A DNA stretch of 48,945 nt, filler included, from Bipalium vagum (lineage: Eukaryota), in assembly GCA_037834085.1 (NCBI GenBank). It is 2 parts of 2 records of this genome, joined end to end, with 100 filler letters (N's around TTAATTAATTAA, not from the genome) between each part and the next. Parts side by side here need not be neighbours in the genome. Positions count along the whole stretch, not along the records: positions 23,136 to 48,945 come from JBBMKC010174377.1; 1 more part is not named here. One strand, 5' to 3'. The translations under genes were made by a program, and so were the position numbers. Of the stretch, positions 37,378 to 48,945 are shown piece by piece; the stretch's first letter is position 1; every line of letters starts with the position of its first letter. The notes below the pieces were generated by a model. It ran no database searches, was not told the DNA's origin, and saw only the letters and a list, made by a program, of their open reading frames with translations.

Positions 37378-38117
37378 CGGGTGGCTCAAAATAAATTGGA
37401 CACGTTAAAACGTCGAATAATAAATTGAACATAAATAAAATATATAACAATGAACAACATTTGTTAAAGTTAAAAAATTAATCAATTAAAATATTTCCTT
37501 CATTTCGTTGTACTCTGAAACATCTTTTAGTCCATAAGTCCACACAACATTTGACAAGATCCTGTCTAATTTTCTTGTATCCTTCCAAAATTTCTGCTTT
37601 ATGTGTGTTTTTGTTTACAATTTTTCTCCAATCCATATTCCGACAAACTTTTCATCCATGGTTAATGTTTATTTGAAGAACCCCTCGCATAATTAGATTA
37701 TCAGACCACATAATACAAATTGAAAGTTACTTGTTAAATTGCACATCTGTTAACTGATATGGGAAACTTTGAAGAGCTCTTAATTTTTTGTGCTGAGCCG
37801 GAAAATGACAACAATATTTGATTTTGATTGACCTGTTTTAGTAACCAATCCAATAGTTGATTGAGACGGGTAAATTCTACACAGTGACTTCAGAGGCGGA
37901 CATCTTTTCCAGTAATGAAGAACAAAAAAAACTTTGTAAATTATTGTCATTTGAATATTGAGCTAAAATGAAAACAAGTAAATATCGAATTAATTTTAAT
38001 CTTTTTAATATTTTGTAAATCAAGGTGTGTACATTATCAATCAATAAATATTAAATATTAATAATTAAAAAAATCTTTACTACTACGAAAAATGGACATT
38101 TTTTATGAAACACGCTA
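37378..38117 (-). mobile_element. Probable non-autonomous Tc1/mariner-type remnant
   Basis: Weak inverted ends CGGGTGGCTCAAAATAAA and TTTTTATGAAACACGC. Minus strand has a transposase C-terminus-like QDLVKCCVDLWTKRCFRVQRNEG. Confidence 0.45.
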
Positions 38118-38135
38118 ATAAGAAATGCATTAATA

Positions 38136-39196
38136 TTAGGTTGATGCAATATAAATGCAGGTTTTTGATGTTGTTTATTTAGGTCAAGGTTAGATCAACA
38201 AATTAACACTTGATCTTTCGCCCACCGATTATGGTATAGTATCTCCCCAGTTTTTTCATTGGAGGAGATACTATTAGCGAATTTTCTCAGGTTATTTTAC
38301 TATACCGTTACCATCGTCATATGAGAAATCCCTAGTGAAGCCATACATGATCCTGTAGATCAAATGTAATGGCAGTTTGGTATCCTTAAACCAAGTCCCA
38401 TTGGTTAAGGATACTTCCACATCACCATGTGGTCTTTTTCGGCATCTGAATCTGCCATTTCCTTTTCCTTTTCTTTCCAAATCATCGGACCGTGGCTCTT
38501 GATTTTGCAAAAATTAAAGTTAAAATAATCTAAAAATAACCAGAGAAAATTGGCCAATCAGAGGTATAGTCCATCCATTTTCCATTGACCAGTTGATGGC
38601 CATCTCCTCTGATCCTAACAAACTATAAAATTTTGAGGCATTCCAAAAAGATTCGGCATTCACTTTGGCGCTGTTTATTTAGATATTATTTAAACAATAG
38701 CAGATCATTTAGCTTATATTTTTTGAGAAAATTGAGAAATTTTCTATAAAATATAGCTTAATTATTATAATTGCATATTTATTTAATTAAAATTAATTAA
38801 AAATATTAATTTACCACATAAAAATTGGTAAAATAATTTTGTTTGAATAAATCATTTTACTAAGTTTACATAAAAACTTGATATTTTAAAAAAAAATTTG
38901 TTTAGGTTATATCTTTTCATTAAATGATTAGATTTTAAAAATATTTTTATATTTAGATTCCACAAATATTGCCAAATGTAACGGTATAGTCAAAATTTTT
39001 ATAGCTCGCGGGGGAGTTACGAAACCGTTACCGATTTCTATACCACCGGTATAAATAAGTTTGTTTCACGTTGGCAAAAATGTTTTGATTCTAGTGATTT
39101 TAATGTCAATTAATAAACTTGTTTATACTCGTAAGCTCAGTTTTATTAATTTAAAGTTGAGATTTAAAAACCCGCATTTATATTGCACCAACCTAA
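38136..39196 (+). mobile_element. Mariner shell: both TIRs, TA flanks, only the transposase C-terminal tail retained
   Basis: TTAGGTTGATGCAATATAAATGCAGGTTTTT versus right-end reverse complement TTAGGTTGGTGCAATATAAATGCGGGTTTTT. DFYTTGINKFVSRWQKC at 39033-39083. Confidence 0.88.
38215..39032 (-). mobile_element. Merlin (ISXO2/IS1016-like) transposon 5' fragment inside the mariner shell
   Basis: Minus strand starts GGTAACGGTTTCGTAACTCC (GG terminus) and reads SEEMAINWSMENG and RFRCRKRPH..EVSLTNGTWFKDTKLPL, matching the Merlin N-terminal S...GT.F..SKL motif. Confidence 0.7.
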
Positions 39197-40195
39197 TAAG
39201 TTTATTTGATCAAACAAAATCCAATAAGTAACTATACCGATATTTTAGCAAATATAATTGAAATATTTAGTTTATTTGTTTTTACAGTTTTAGAAAAAAA
39301 TTATTTCTAATTAAATTCTGTCAGATAATTAAATGCCTTAAAGAATCATTTAAAATGTTACATTTAGCGCACTTTTTATAAAGCGAATAAAATTTGATAT
39401 GGCTGACTACTCCAAAATTTTGTAAGATATTTTTCTGAATAAAATTAAATTTAATAAAATTTTCAAATATTATATATTTATATTTAATATGTTTAATAAT
39501 TTGATTTTTGTAATTCTTTGAAAAAAATAAATAAATTATAAGACGAAATAACTCTACGTGTTTATATTTCTGGGTAATAGTTTAATAAATCAATTATTCA
39601 CAATTTATGTTTTTTTTCGGAATTATTTTATATTAAAACAATTTTTTATATATTTTTTGAAAGAAAAATATTTTCGTTTTCACCTATTTTCGCTATCTCA
39701 TAAAAAATCTGTCAAGATATTTTAGGATTATTTAATGTAAAAAAATTATAATTTAACATTAAAAAAATATTAATAATTTATGAAGCTACAGAAAAATCAA
39801 TTAAAAAAATATTTTTTTATTAAATATCTCTTTTATTATTCAAATGAAACAGCGAAAATTATTATGATGTATTACATTTAGTTTTTTATTTTTATTTACG
39901 TGTGGGGAGACTTCAAACTCTGTGATAAACAACTTTAAGACAATCCTATCAAAATCAATTTTGTACATTTTTTAATTGTGTTAAAATAAATTTATTTATT
40001 AGTTTATTTTGGTGGTTTTATTAATTACAAAGTGTGTAAATGGATATTGAACTGCGTGTTTATATCAAACTCAGCATAACAAAAAAAATTCAATTCACAA
40101 AGTTATTAACGATCATCAATATTCATTAATCCATCGTAAGCATTATTGGTTATTGTTATTATAATATAATAATAAAATATAATAATTATATATAA

Positions 40196-41340
40196 TGTTA
40201 AGTTTCACTAAAAGTGACTAAATTTAATTCACAAAAATCGATAAGGGCTTATAGGTTACTTAACGTATATGACTCTCAGAAGGACTTATGGAGTGTAATT
40301 CGGAATAAAATAGGACAAATGAAAACAACTAAAATCAAATACAAATATTTTTATTTGTAAAAATTTGAATTTACAAATGGATTTTAAACAAGAAGCCTTA
40401 AATCCTTACACAGTTATCCTGTAATTTGTGGTAAGGTCCTGAGATGATTTGCCAACCCTAACTGTTGTGCAAATCACAAACAAAAAGAGAAAAATGGAAA
40501 ATGGAAACACAAAATAAAGATTATCGTATAAAATAGTGATTATGGGAAGAGTGAATGAATTTATGATAAATTTAAATAGTCTGTGTAAACCGTAATAGTT
40601 TACCAGAGATAAAAATTTAAATAATAATAATAATTAAAATATTAATAATAAAAGTTACTGTTTGTAAAGGGCATAAACTGTGAATGAATTGAATGGAGAC
40701 TGAAATGGTGCTTTACTGTGAAAGATTTTGCAATTGAATTGTCTGGTAACGGACTGCTTGTTTTTGTAATGTCTGATTGTCTGAACTGTTTTTGTCACTC
40801 GCCTTTAAATATTCCAAAATTGTTGATAAGAATTGTTTTCGTTCCAAAGGTTTAATGTCTGTTGACGTCTTATGATAAGCGGTGTATTTGAATATTTATA
40901 TATATCCAAATATTTTGTTCGAATAATTTTGTGTTGTTTTTCGTATTGACCGTGTCTCATTTTTGTCGTCTTTATTTTTTGCGTCCTTATGTTTTTTGTG
41001 TCAACATTTTGGTTTTTGAATTGACCTTATATATTAGATTTCCTAGTGTTAATTTTATTTTTGTATTTAAATTATTTCTTTTTTTTTAATTTTCTGTTTT
41101 AAATTATTTCTATATTTAGATTTGTATAATATCTTTTTTGCTACGTTTCTATTTTTGTAGGCTGATTTCAGCCAAAAATTTCAGCCATTTTCTGAATTTT
41201 TGACATATTTTGTCAATTTCGATAAGTTCTCATATATTTTAAATATTCTTCTTCGTTTTACGCTGTTGTTCCCCAGTCTATATCGAGTTCTTTTATCATC
41301 CAATAATTTTTTATGGTATCCGAGTTCAATGTTCTTGTTT
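40196..41340 (-). mobile_element. Possible solo LTR
   Basis: Non-coding and strand-skewed. The minus strand ends ...TTTAGTGAAACTTAACA, loosely like the LTR end at 131-143, and has a TATA-like TATTTAAAGGC near 40810. The second terminus and a TSD were not identified. Confidence 0.3.
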
Positions 41341-41519
41341 TTTCAGTAAAAAAAATGCAAGCGTTTTATTTTATATTTTTTGCATAATTTATAATTATAA
41401 TTTTGGTTTTACTGCGATTTTCAACATTTTTTCAATCATTATCAACAATTTTTAATCAAATGCAACATTTTTTTATAAAAAGAAAATACAATACCTATTA
41501 ATATATATTTATAATACAA

Positions 41520-42420
41520 AATTCCTTATAATCATTTAAAATTTCATTGTTCATGGATCTGTGAACATATCGAAACATATTACTCCAATATCCTTTGCCA
41601 TTTTCTTTAGTAATCAAACTTGCTGCTTCAGATATCTGAATATTCAAATGATCTTCATTCTGACAATTAGCATTTTTGACTAAGCATTTCCATTTAGAAA
41701 AAAATTTTTCTATGGGGTTTAGAAATGGGAATACGGTGGAAGAAACATTAATTCATTTCCATATTCCAAAAACAGATACCTAACTTTTAAAGTCTTATGA
41801 ATTACAGCATTATCCATAACAAATACGCAATTTTTCAAGAATTGTTCTTGTAGCTGTTGAAACGTTGTCTCCATAAAATTGAAAAAAGATTCTCCATTAT
41901 AGGCTGTATTTCTTATCTTAAATGCAAAAATTCTTGTCTTATTAATCACGCTGCAAACTGATATATTTGTGGTCCTAATTGACCTAATTAGGTGATGTTC
42001 TAACTACAGCACGACCATATTTTTGTCTAATTGACACATAAAATTCAACTTCATCTAAAAAGAAAATCTTATGATCACTCACTTCAGAAATTAATTTTAA
42101 AAAATTTTCGGCATATTCACGCCGAACCTTTTAATTATGAGTTATTTCTACTTTCATCGGAATGCTGTTGAGTGAGAAATACTTTTGCCACAATTCCTGA
42201 ATTTTGTCACATATCTGTTGTAGAGTAATACATGGATTTTCATCAACCAATCCTCGTAGCGGACTCTTTTCGTCATCAGTAAGAGCAGATCGATGACTAC
42301 CACCTGTGGTAGACAAGTAATCCTATTTTCATTATTATAGACTTTGATTACCACCTAAATAGTTCCACGTGGAACCATTAAAAAATCGGAAATTTCTTTT
42401 ATATTAGAAATTTTTCTCAT
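41520..42420 (-). mobile_element. IS630/Tc1-like DD34E (DDE_3) transposase pseudogene
   Basis: LVDENPCITLQQI, FFLDEVEF, NISVCSVI, CVFVMDNAVIHK, LMFLPPYS.FLNPIE, FFSKWK. Confidence 0.88.
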
Positions 42421-43449
42421 TAATTAAAAATAATTAAATTCATTAAATCTTCATTCATAAATATTATTCATTAAATACATAAACTTACAGACCATTGTAA
42501 TAAAAATGTATATATGAATTTCAGGATTAAATTATACAAACGGCCTTGTATTTGATCGGCCTTGGTAGGTCTAGTGTTAAAAAAGTCATTATTCAACATG
42601 GATTCTCCTGTTTTAAATATTAATTTACCAAAACCATTCATTAACATCAACTCGCTCTGTAATTTTTAGGACAAGTACATTTCATCTGATGATATTTTAC
42701 GGGACGTCGATGGCTCACTTTCATAGATTGTCCCTTCTGACTCGATTGAATTCGGATATTCCACCTACTCTTATTGTTCTTCTGTGCTTTAATTCATAAG
42801 GTTTTCTCTGTGTCTACCAGTATTGCAAAATACTTTCATTTGCATTTTATCTTTGTCATTAATTTTAAAATTAACAAGACAGATTATATATAGAACGACA
42901 TTATGCAACAAGAATAATTAATGGTTAGGTGTTAAAAGACGAAACAGGTGTCTAAAAACTAAAAATAAACCGAAATGAACTGCAGAGCTGATTTTAACAA
43001 TATTTTAGAAGATTATTATAAAAACAACGTGCTTTATTTAAAAAAAGTCAAAATATGCCCTCTTGCCAACGCTGTCGCCAACTTCCGTTTTACTCCAATT
43101 TTCACAGAATTTTTCTGTGCCATTTTCATCAATTTTTCACATTCTGAGATTTGAACTTTGACAAAATGTGATTATAACTTCAATTGCAAACTTATTAAAG
43201 GTTACTGGGTATTTATTGTCATTACAAATCCTTAGAATTTTGTTTATATTTGTGTACTTCTAAACATTCAATGGTTTGAAAAGGTTTTCATATGTTGTTG
43301 GTTGTTTTATGATAATTGATTGTTTTATGATTTATGCAATATTAGTACACATAAAAATGGAAAACGAAAAACTTTTGAAATGATTAAAAAGATTTTAATG
43401 CTGCAAAAAAATTAATTTTTCAAAAAATTTTAAAATACAAGTTTTTTTG

Positions 43450-44030
43450 TGTATTGTAACCAAAAACAATGAAAAATTTCAAATCATTATTTAAAGGTCT
43501 TTTGATATTATTGAGAGGTCTGTATTTAATATATAAACATATTGTTACACAGAATAATATAAATAATAATAACTTTATTTCATACTCAAACCAATTATTT
43601 TGTCTCCATTTTTTTTGAATGGTACTTAGTAATATTGTAATTAGCAATTTGATCGCATAACTTTAATGCGTTGGGATCATTCATTGCATCTTCAAAGACC
43701 TTTTTTGATTTTATTATTCTATTTATAGTTGTTCTTGATATGGCAAAAATTTTTGTTAATTAATTTAAACTAATATTCTGGTCCACAAATTTAAGAATTT
43801 TTCTCTTTTTGTAGTGCTAGTTTGCATCGTTTAGATTTCTCAGAAGTCATTTAAATGTGTACTTAAAGATTTAATAATAATAATTTTAAACAATGTTTAA
43901 TCATTAATTTGACTTCATATGGCGGTAATTTTAAAATAAATGATATAAATTTTAAATTTATGACCTAAAAATTTGACGTAGAGAGGTGACGCTATGTGGG
44001 GGTGACTTTATAAAGAGGTGCAAATGTAGT
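43450..44030 (-). mobile_element. pogo/Tigger-like 5' remnant
   Basis: Minus strand starts TA-CATTTGCACCTCTTTATAAAGTCACC with a repeated GTCACC motif. CENP-B-type HTH LKFVDQNISLN*LTKIFAISRTTINRIIK. Confidence 0.55.
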
Positions 44031-45149
44031 TATAATAAAAATTAAGTAAAAAACAAAAAACCGTCCTCTATAAATATTGAAGAATGTTAAGTAACATAAT
44101 ACAGAGTTTTAATAAAATGAATAATAAAATAATTATATAAATATATTTTTAAAAACAGAATTGATAGCGTAATACTCAAATTTAAAAAATCAATGTCGGC
44201 ACTAATAAACCGAAAATGACCAATCCTTCACCACGACTCGAAAAAGACATTGCGAAAGTTTTACGAATTTGGGTTTGATATTTTCTCTGAATCTCTTTAC
44301 TCTACAAACTTTTTATTTAGAAATTATTATTTTTCAAACTATATCGTAATTTTCTGTTATGTTCATACTGCTTTCAACGATTTTGTATCCTCTAGAACTA
44401 ATATAATTTTATTTAAGGAATAACTATGTTTTTTGTTTAGAATAATACTACTCTATTTGTACAATAGAGTAGTACTTAATTAAAGGTAATAAAATATCCT
44501 TAGTTAACAGAACAAAAATCTCTTTCAGTCAAAAATCTCTTTTTTCTATCAAATATAATATTATACTTATATATAATATTATTATATATAAATATAATAT
44601 TATAAACACAAAGTAAAAAGACTACTTTTCCATATAGATATGCTTAAAATTATTTTTCTCTTTAAAAATTTAATATTAAAATCTTTCGTTTTATTGTTTA
44701 CGTTGATTTCCATTTATATTCTTAAATAATAATTCAATTGTTTTAATAAATTTATATTCAATAAGCACTTTACTCCACAGGAGAAGGGGTGACGGAAAGA
44801 ATAATGAACATGGAATGAAAAACGGAAAAATCGTAGCTTATATTGACAAAAATGAAAAATTATACTATTAATGATAAATTATTGATAATCGATTGAAACT
44901 AAACACTTGCAACTTTCTCTGTAATTGAGAACTATTAGAAATATGAAATAATTAGATAAATATGTATAATTATTAATATTGAAAGAAAAATAATTTTTCT
45001 GTTAAGGAAATATTATATAATGTAACAAAATTGTAAGAGATGGATGGAATAAAAGTGAAAATCATATTGATATACATTTGATTAAGAGCTATTATCAGTT
45101 ATAATAATATTATTCGAAATATTTAATACATATACCCAAAAAATATAAA

Positions 45150-45459
45150 TTATGGGACATCCTCCGCATAGTCCTGATTTGGCTAATAACAGTTTCTTTT
45201 TATTCCCATATGTGAAGAAAAAGTTGCATGGACAACGATTCTGTACACCAGACGATGCGGTTGATGCCTTTAAAGTTCATGTTTCTGAGATACTTAAATC
45301 ATGATGGGTAAAATGCTTTGAAAAATGTCTAAGCGCTTTTCAAAAATATATTGACCAAGAAGGAGAATATTTGTAAAACAATGACATAGCTTATTATAAT
45401 TAAATTATAGTTTTTGATTTTTTTTTGTGTTTTGCAATACATATTGAGCAACCCACGTA
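45150..45459 (+). mobile_element. Mariner 3' fragment with right TIR
   Basis: HPPHSPDLANNSFFLFPYVKKKLHGQRF...WVKCFE...IDQEGEYL. Ends ...AGCAACCCACGTA. Confidence 0.85.
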
Positions 45460-45559
45460 TACTACTTACAAATAGTCAAAACCTTTTGAAAAATGTTGAC
45501 TTTTTTTACAAATATTTCATTATAATATTAGTGTTTTTATGGAATTTTTTTCCATAAAA

Positions 45560-45870
45560 CACAATAAAGAGCATGATTTCATAAAAATGACCCGGTTGCC
45601 AGTACTAAGAACAAAACGCATATCCCGAACAAATGCATTGCAATTTTCGGGTGTTATAAAATTATTTATGTAAATAGTGGTATTGCATAAATCTTCATTA
45701 TCTGTACAGTTTAGGGCTTTTTTATTTGATTCTTCCATAAAGTGGAGGCCTATTCAATCGGATTAAATGGTGAACTATAAGGAGACAAGAAATGCAGACA
45801 GTGGTCATTGTTTTTAACTAAACTTTTAATATCTACTGGCTTATGAAACGCAACATTATCATCATTTCTA
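45560..45870 (-). mobile_element. IS630/Tc1-like transposase 3' fragment
   Basis: DNVAFHK...LHFLSPYSSPFNPIE*ASTLWK. Confidence 0.8.
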
Positions 45871-45940
45871 TCGAATTTTATTATCTTGGATTATTATTAA
45901 TCTCTCCATGTAATCAAAAATCTATTTGAATTATATAGTA

Positions 45941-46094
45941 TATCAATTAAATATTTATTAAAAATCTATTAAATATTTATTAAAAATCATTTAAATATTT
46001 ATTAAAAATCTATTAAATATTTATTAAAAATCTATTAAATATTTAATAAAAATCAATTAAATATTTATTAAAGATAAATTTAATATTTATAAAA
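45941..46094. repeat. 22-bp minisatellite, about 7 copies
   Basis: Unit ATCTATTAAATATTTATTAAAA with variants. Confidence 0.9.
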
Positions 46095-46769
46095 ATATTT
46101 TTAATTTTTTTGCAGAAAAAATTTTTTTAATTTACTCAAAGCCTGGTGCTAAAAACTGATAACCTTTTCTGGCCGGAATTTCCATCTTTGGAAACTTGAA
46201 GATTTAATTTTATTAAATGGAATTATTTATTAAAATATTAAAATTTTACTTGATTATTGATTAGAAAAGATTGAACTCCTTTCAGAAGACAATGCCAGAT
46301 ATATATGTGGCCACCGTTCATGTGGTCAGTGGTAATTGAAGGTAAAGGTGCCACATCGACTCCCAAAAATCCAAAATATAAAAATGTTTAATTCTTCATG
46401 TTTTTCTGGAAAATGATAAACCACGGATTCACACCTGTTCTTTTTATCAAATTTTATAATAAAACTTTTGACAGAGAGACAAAAAATTTATTAGTCTTTT
46501 GTCCATGTCTGAGCGCTGATAAAACCCAATTTTGAGAATTCAGCACCCTTGATCATTTTAGGTTAAAATAAAAACCTCTCATTTTCCTTGAATTTATTTT
46601 TCATTTTTTCATCCCATATTTTATTTCTCCACACCAAACCTCTCTGTCTTTAAATAAGTTGAATTATTTGTTACTTTTTGTTCAGTACAAAAATGAAATA
46701 TTTTCCTTTTATTAATATTTTTATTTTAATTAAATGATGCAGTAAAGAAATGAAGACCAGGTACTTGCT

Positions 46770-46935
46770 TATATTTAGTCATTTATTCACATTGGTCAAA
46801 CGTGGGTTTCAAAATGTTCAAAATTGGGTATCCGAATGGATTGATGGTAAAGTAAGATCATTATACCGTCACGGAAGACCCAGGTTGTTGAATATAAGAA
46901 GAAAAGTCATACTTAAAGGAGAATATTTTTAAAGA
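46770..46935 (+). mobile_element. Mariner C-terminal remnant
   Basis: FQNVQNWVSEWIDGK..LYRHG...RRKVILKGEYF. Confidence 0.65.
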
Positions 46936-48639
46936 TTTCTCCATATTTATTTATCTCGCTATGAATATTAAAATCTGTTAAAACAGTCCTCATTGTATTA
47001 CAATAAAAAGAACCTTTATTAATCAAAAATATTTAAGAATTAATTAATTAAAATTGCTTTACCTTGTTTATTTTACCATTTTTTGGAGTCAAAGAAATTG
47101 AAAAGAAAATTATCAAATATGTTGATAATATTTCTGAGGAATAAGTTTATTGCTGAAGGAAAGAAGATTAAAATTGTTATGGGAGTAAAATGGCGCTATC
47201 TCTTAAGAAAATGTCGCCATCCGTAACCCTGGTCATTAAAATAACGTTATTATGATTTCGAAAATCCTGGTTCTTTTCCACCCGTTTATTGTTAAGGGCT
47301 GCAGTCACAAAATTTTATTAAGCATTTGTTTTGATATATTCCAATGCGGAAAGATATTTTCTTTCAAATCTACGTTTGATTGTCCACATAAGTGTAGAAT
47401 AATGAATTACTTTAGAGCTTAATTAATGTTTTTATATTTATTTTTCATTTACATATTTTTTTATTTTAAATATATATATGAGATATGATTAGGGTTTTAA
47501 ACCAAACATTAATTATTTTTGTTTCTTATTAAAATAAATTTACCGTGATTGAAAAAATTCAAAATACTGATAAATTTAACATAAAATTCAGTTGTTTAAA
47601 TAATCGATTTTAGGAGGCTCGTAAAATGAATCAATCAAATATGTATTTATAAAAAAGGTATATTTGTTTAATATGGAATAATTGAAGTACATAAAATGCT
47701 TAGTCTGGTAAAATTTATTACAGCTTTACTTTAAGGAAAAAAAAGAATGAAAGAATAAATTATTTGAAAATGATTAATTTAAACAGCAAATTGTTATTAT
47801 TTAAGATCATGAATATAAGAATAATGATGTATAGAGATTGGAGGACTGCTATTACACTTTATAGGAATTTTAATGAGTTTAATTATATTTTTGCAATTTT
47901 ACTCTGAAACTATACGCTAATATAATAATAAATAATAATGATAAAATCATTATTTAAGTAGCTTAAGAATTTCTTTTTTTCTTTTTAAGAAAGTAATATT
48001 CACATATATTACATTATTCATATTATTAACTTATTCTATTTTATGATAATACACAATATGAAATCTTGTTGGGGGTACCTACTAAATTAATCAATAGACA
48101 AGTTGTAAAAGCACAGGAGTGAAACTCAGAATGGTAAGGATTGTCATAATGATATTCCGATTGTTATCAGAGACTTGGATCAAACAAAATAAATATTATG
48201 CATTGCATAAGTAGCATTGAAATGTTCGCAAAAGTTTGTTAGAAAGAAATCAAAAATTGACATTTACATAGTCTTTTCTGAGAAATAAACTAATAAAAGG
48301 GAAGTGTTAATATCATACATATTTCTTTTAGATAGATTTTGAAAATGTATTTTCTTCTTGTCTTGTTACCTAGTTTATTGATCATCTTTTTGTTTTTTCT
48401 AAACAATTTCTCTGAGTCAATTATATATAGATATAAAGCGCATCAGATGATGCCTACTTTTTGGTGGTGATGGTGGTGATGATTATAGTGGTAATAGTTA
48501 TCATATGGATATTACAGTAGTGGCCATTAAATTAAGGTCACTTTTTAAAAATAAAGATAAAGTATAAAGATATATATAAAACTCAGAGCAAGTAATACAA
48601 GGGGATTTATTTACAACTAAATTTTTACGTAATGTTATA

Positions 48640-48945
48640 TTTGATAAATGTCAGTATTTAGAAGGATAACCCTTATTATCAAGTACTTCTTGTATACGCC
48701 TAGGCACACTTTCAACCAAGTTTTTACAATAATTTGGTGTTATCTCCGTTCTCCACACTTGCTTCAAGATTTGTATTAGTTGCTGTTCAGAAGTTGGTTG
48801 ATGGGTAGCAACCTTTAGTTTCATAATACACCAGCAGTTTTCAATAACATTTAAGTCCGGTGAATTAAATGGCCAATTTGGAAGAACATTTACTATGTTA
48901 TTAGTTAATCATTTGCGGACAATCTTTGCAGTGTGACAAGGAGCT
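48640..48945 (-). mobile_element. Tc1 (DD34E) transposase 3' part, continuing beyond the window
   Basis: APCHTAK...NWPFNSPDLNVIENCW...VLDNKGYPSKY. Confidence 0.9.

Noticed and set aside
45941-46094. CRISPR-like repeat array
   Set aside because: Head-to-tail 22-bp units with no unique spacers, no cas genes, and a eukaryotic context.

Overview
Very AT-rich eukaryotic (animal) genomic DNA. Short 43-136 nt introns, (AAT)n microsatellites and dense Tc1/mariner, Merlin, Gypsy and R2-like debris suggest a flatworm such as a planarian; that assignment is inference only. Two host genes can be reconstructed by hand, both on +. The first is an SLC25A14/SLC25A30 (UCP5/KMCP1)-like mitochondrial carrier with 8 exons at 7538-20887, whose final coding exon is not visible. 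The second is a two-exon, ~415-aa aminergic 5-HT2-like GPCR at 24290-35709 with several unusual motif substitutions. Bases 1-~7100 are a decayed Ty3/Gypsy LTR element. Its protease-RT region is replaced by an orphan ORF with an AT-hook, fused in frame to Gag, and its integrase is interrupted by an antisense, 5'-truncated R2-like (RLE-type) non-LTR element. Introns and intergenic DNA hold more than 15 DNA-transposon remnants, including a mariner nested in a mariner and a Merlin fragment held between mariner TIRs, plus a tRNA-Ala-derived insertion. There are three N gaps, one of them an artificial 100-nt linker.
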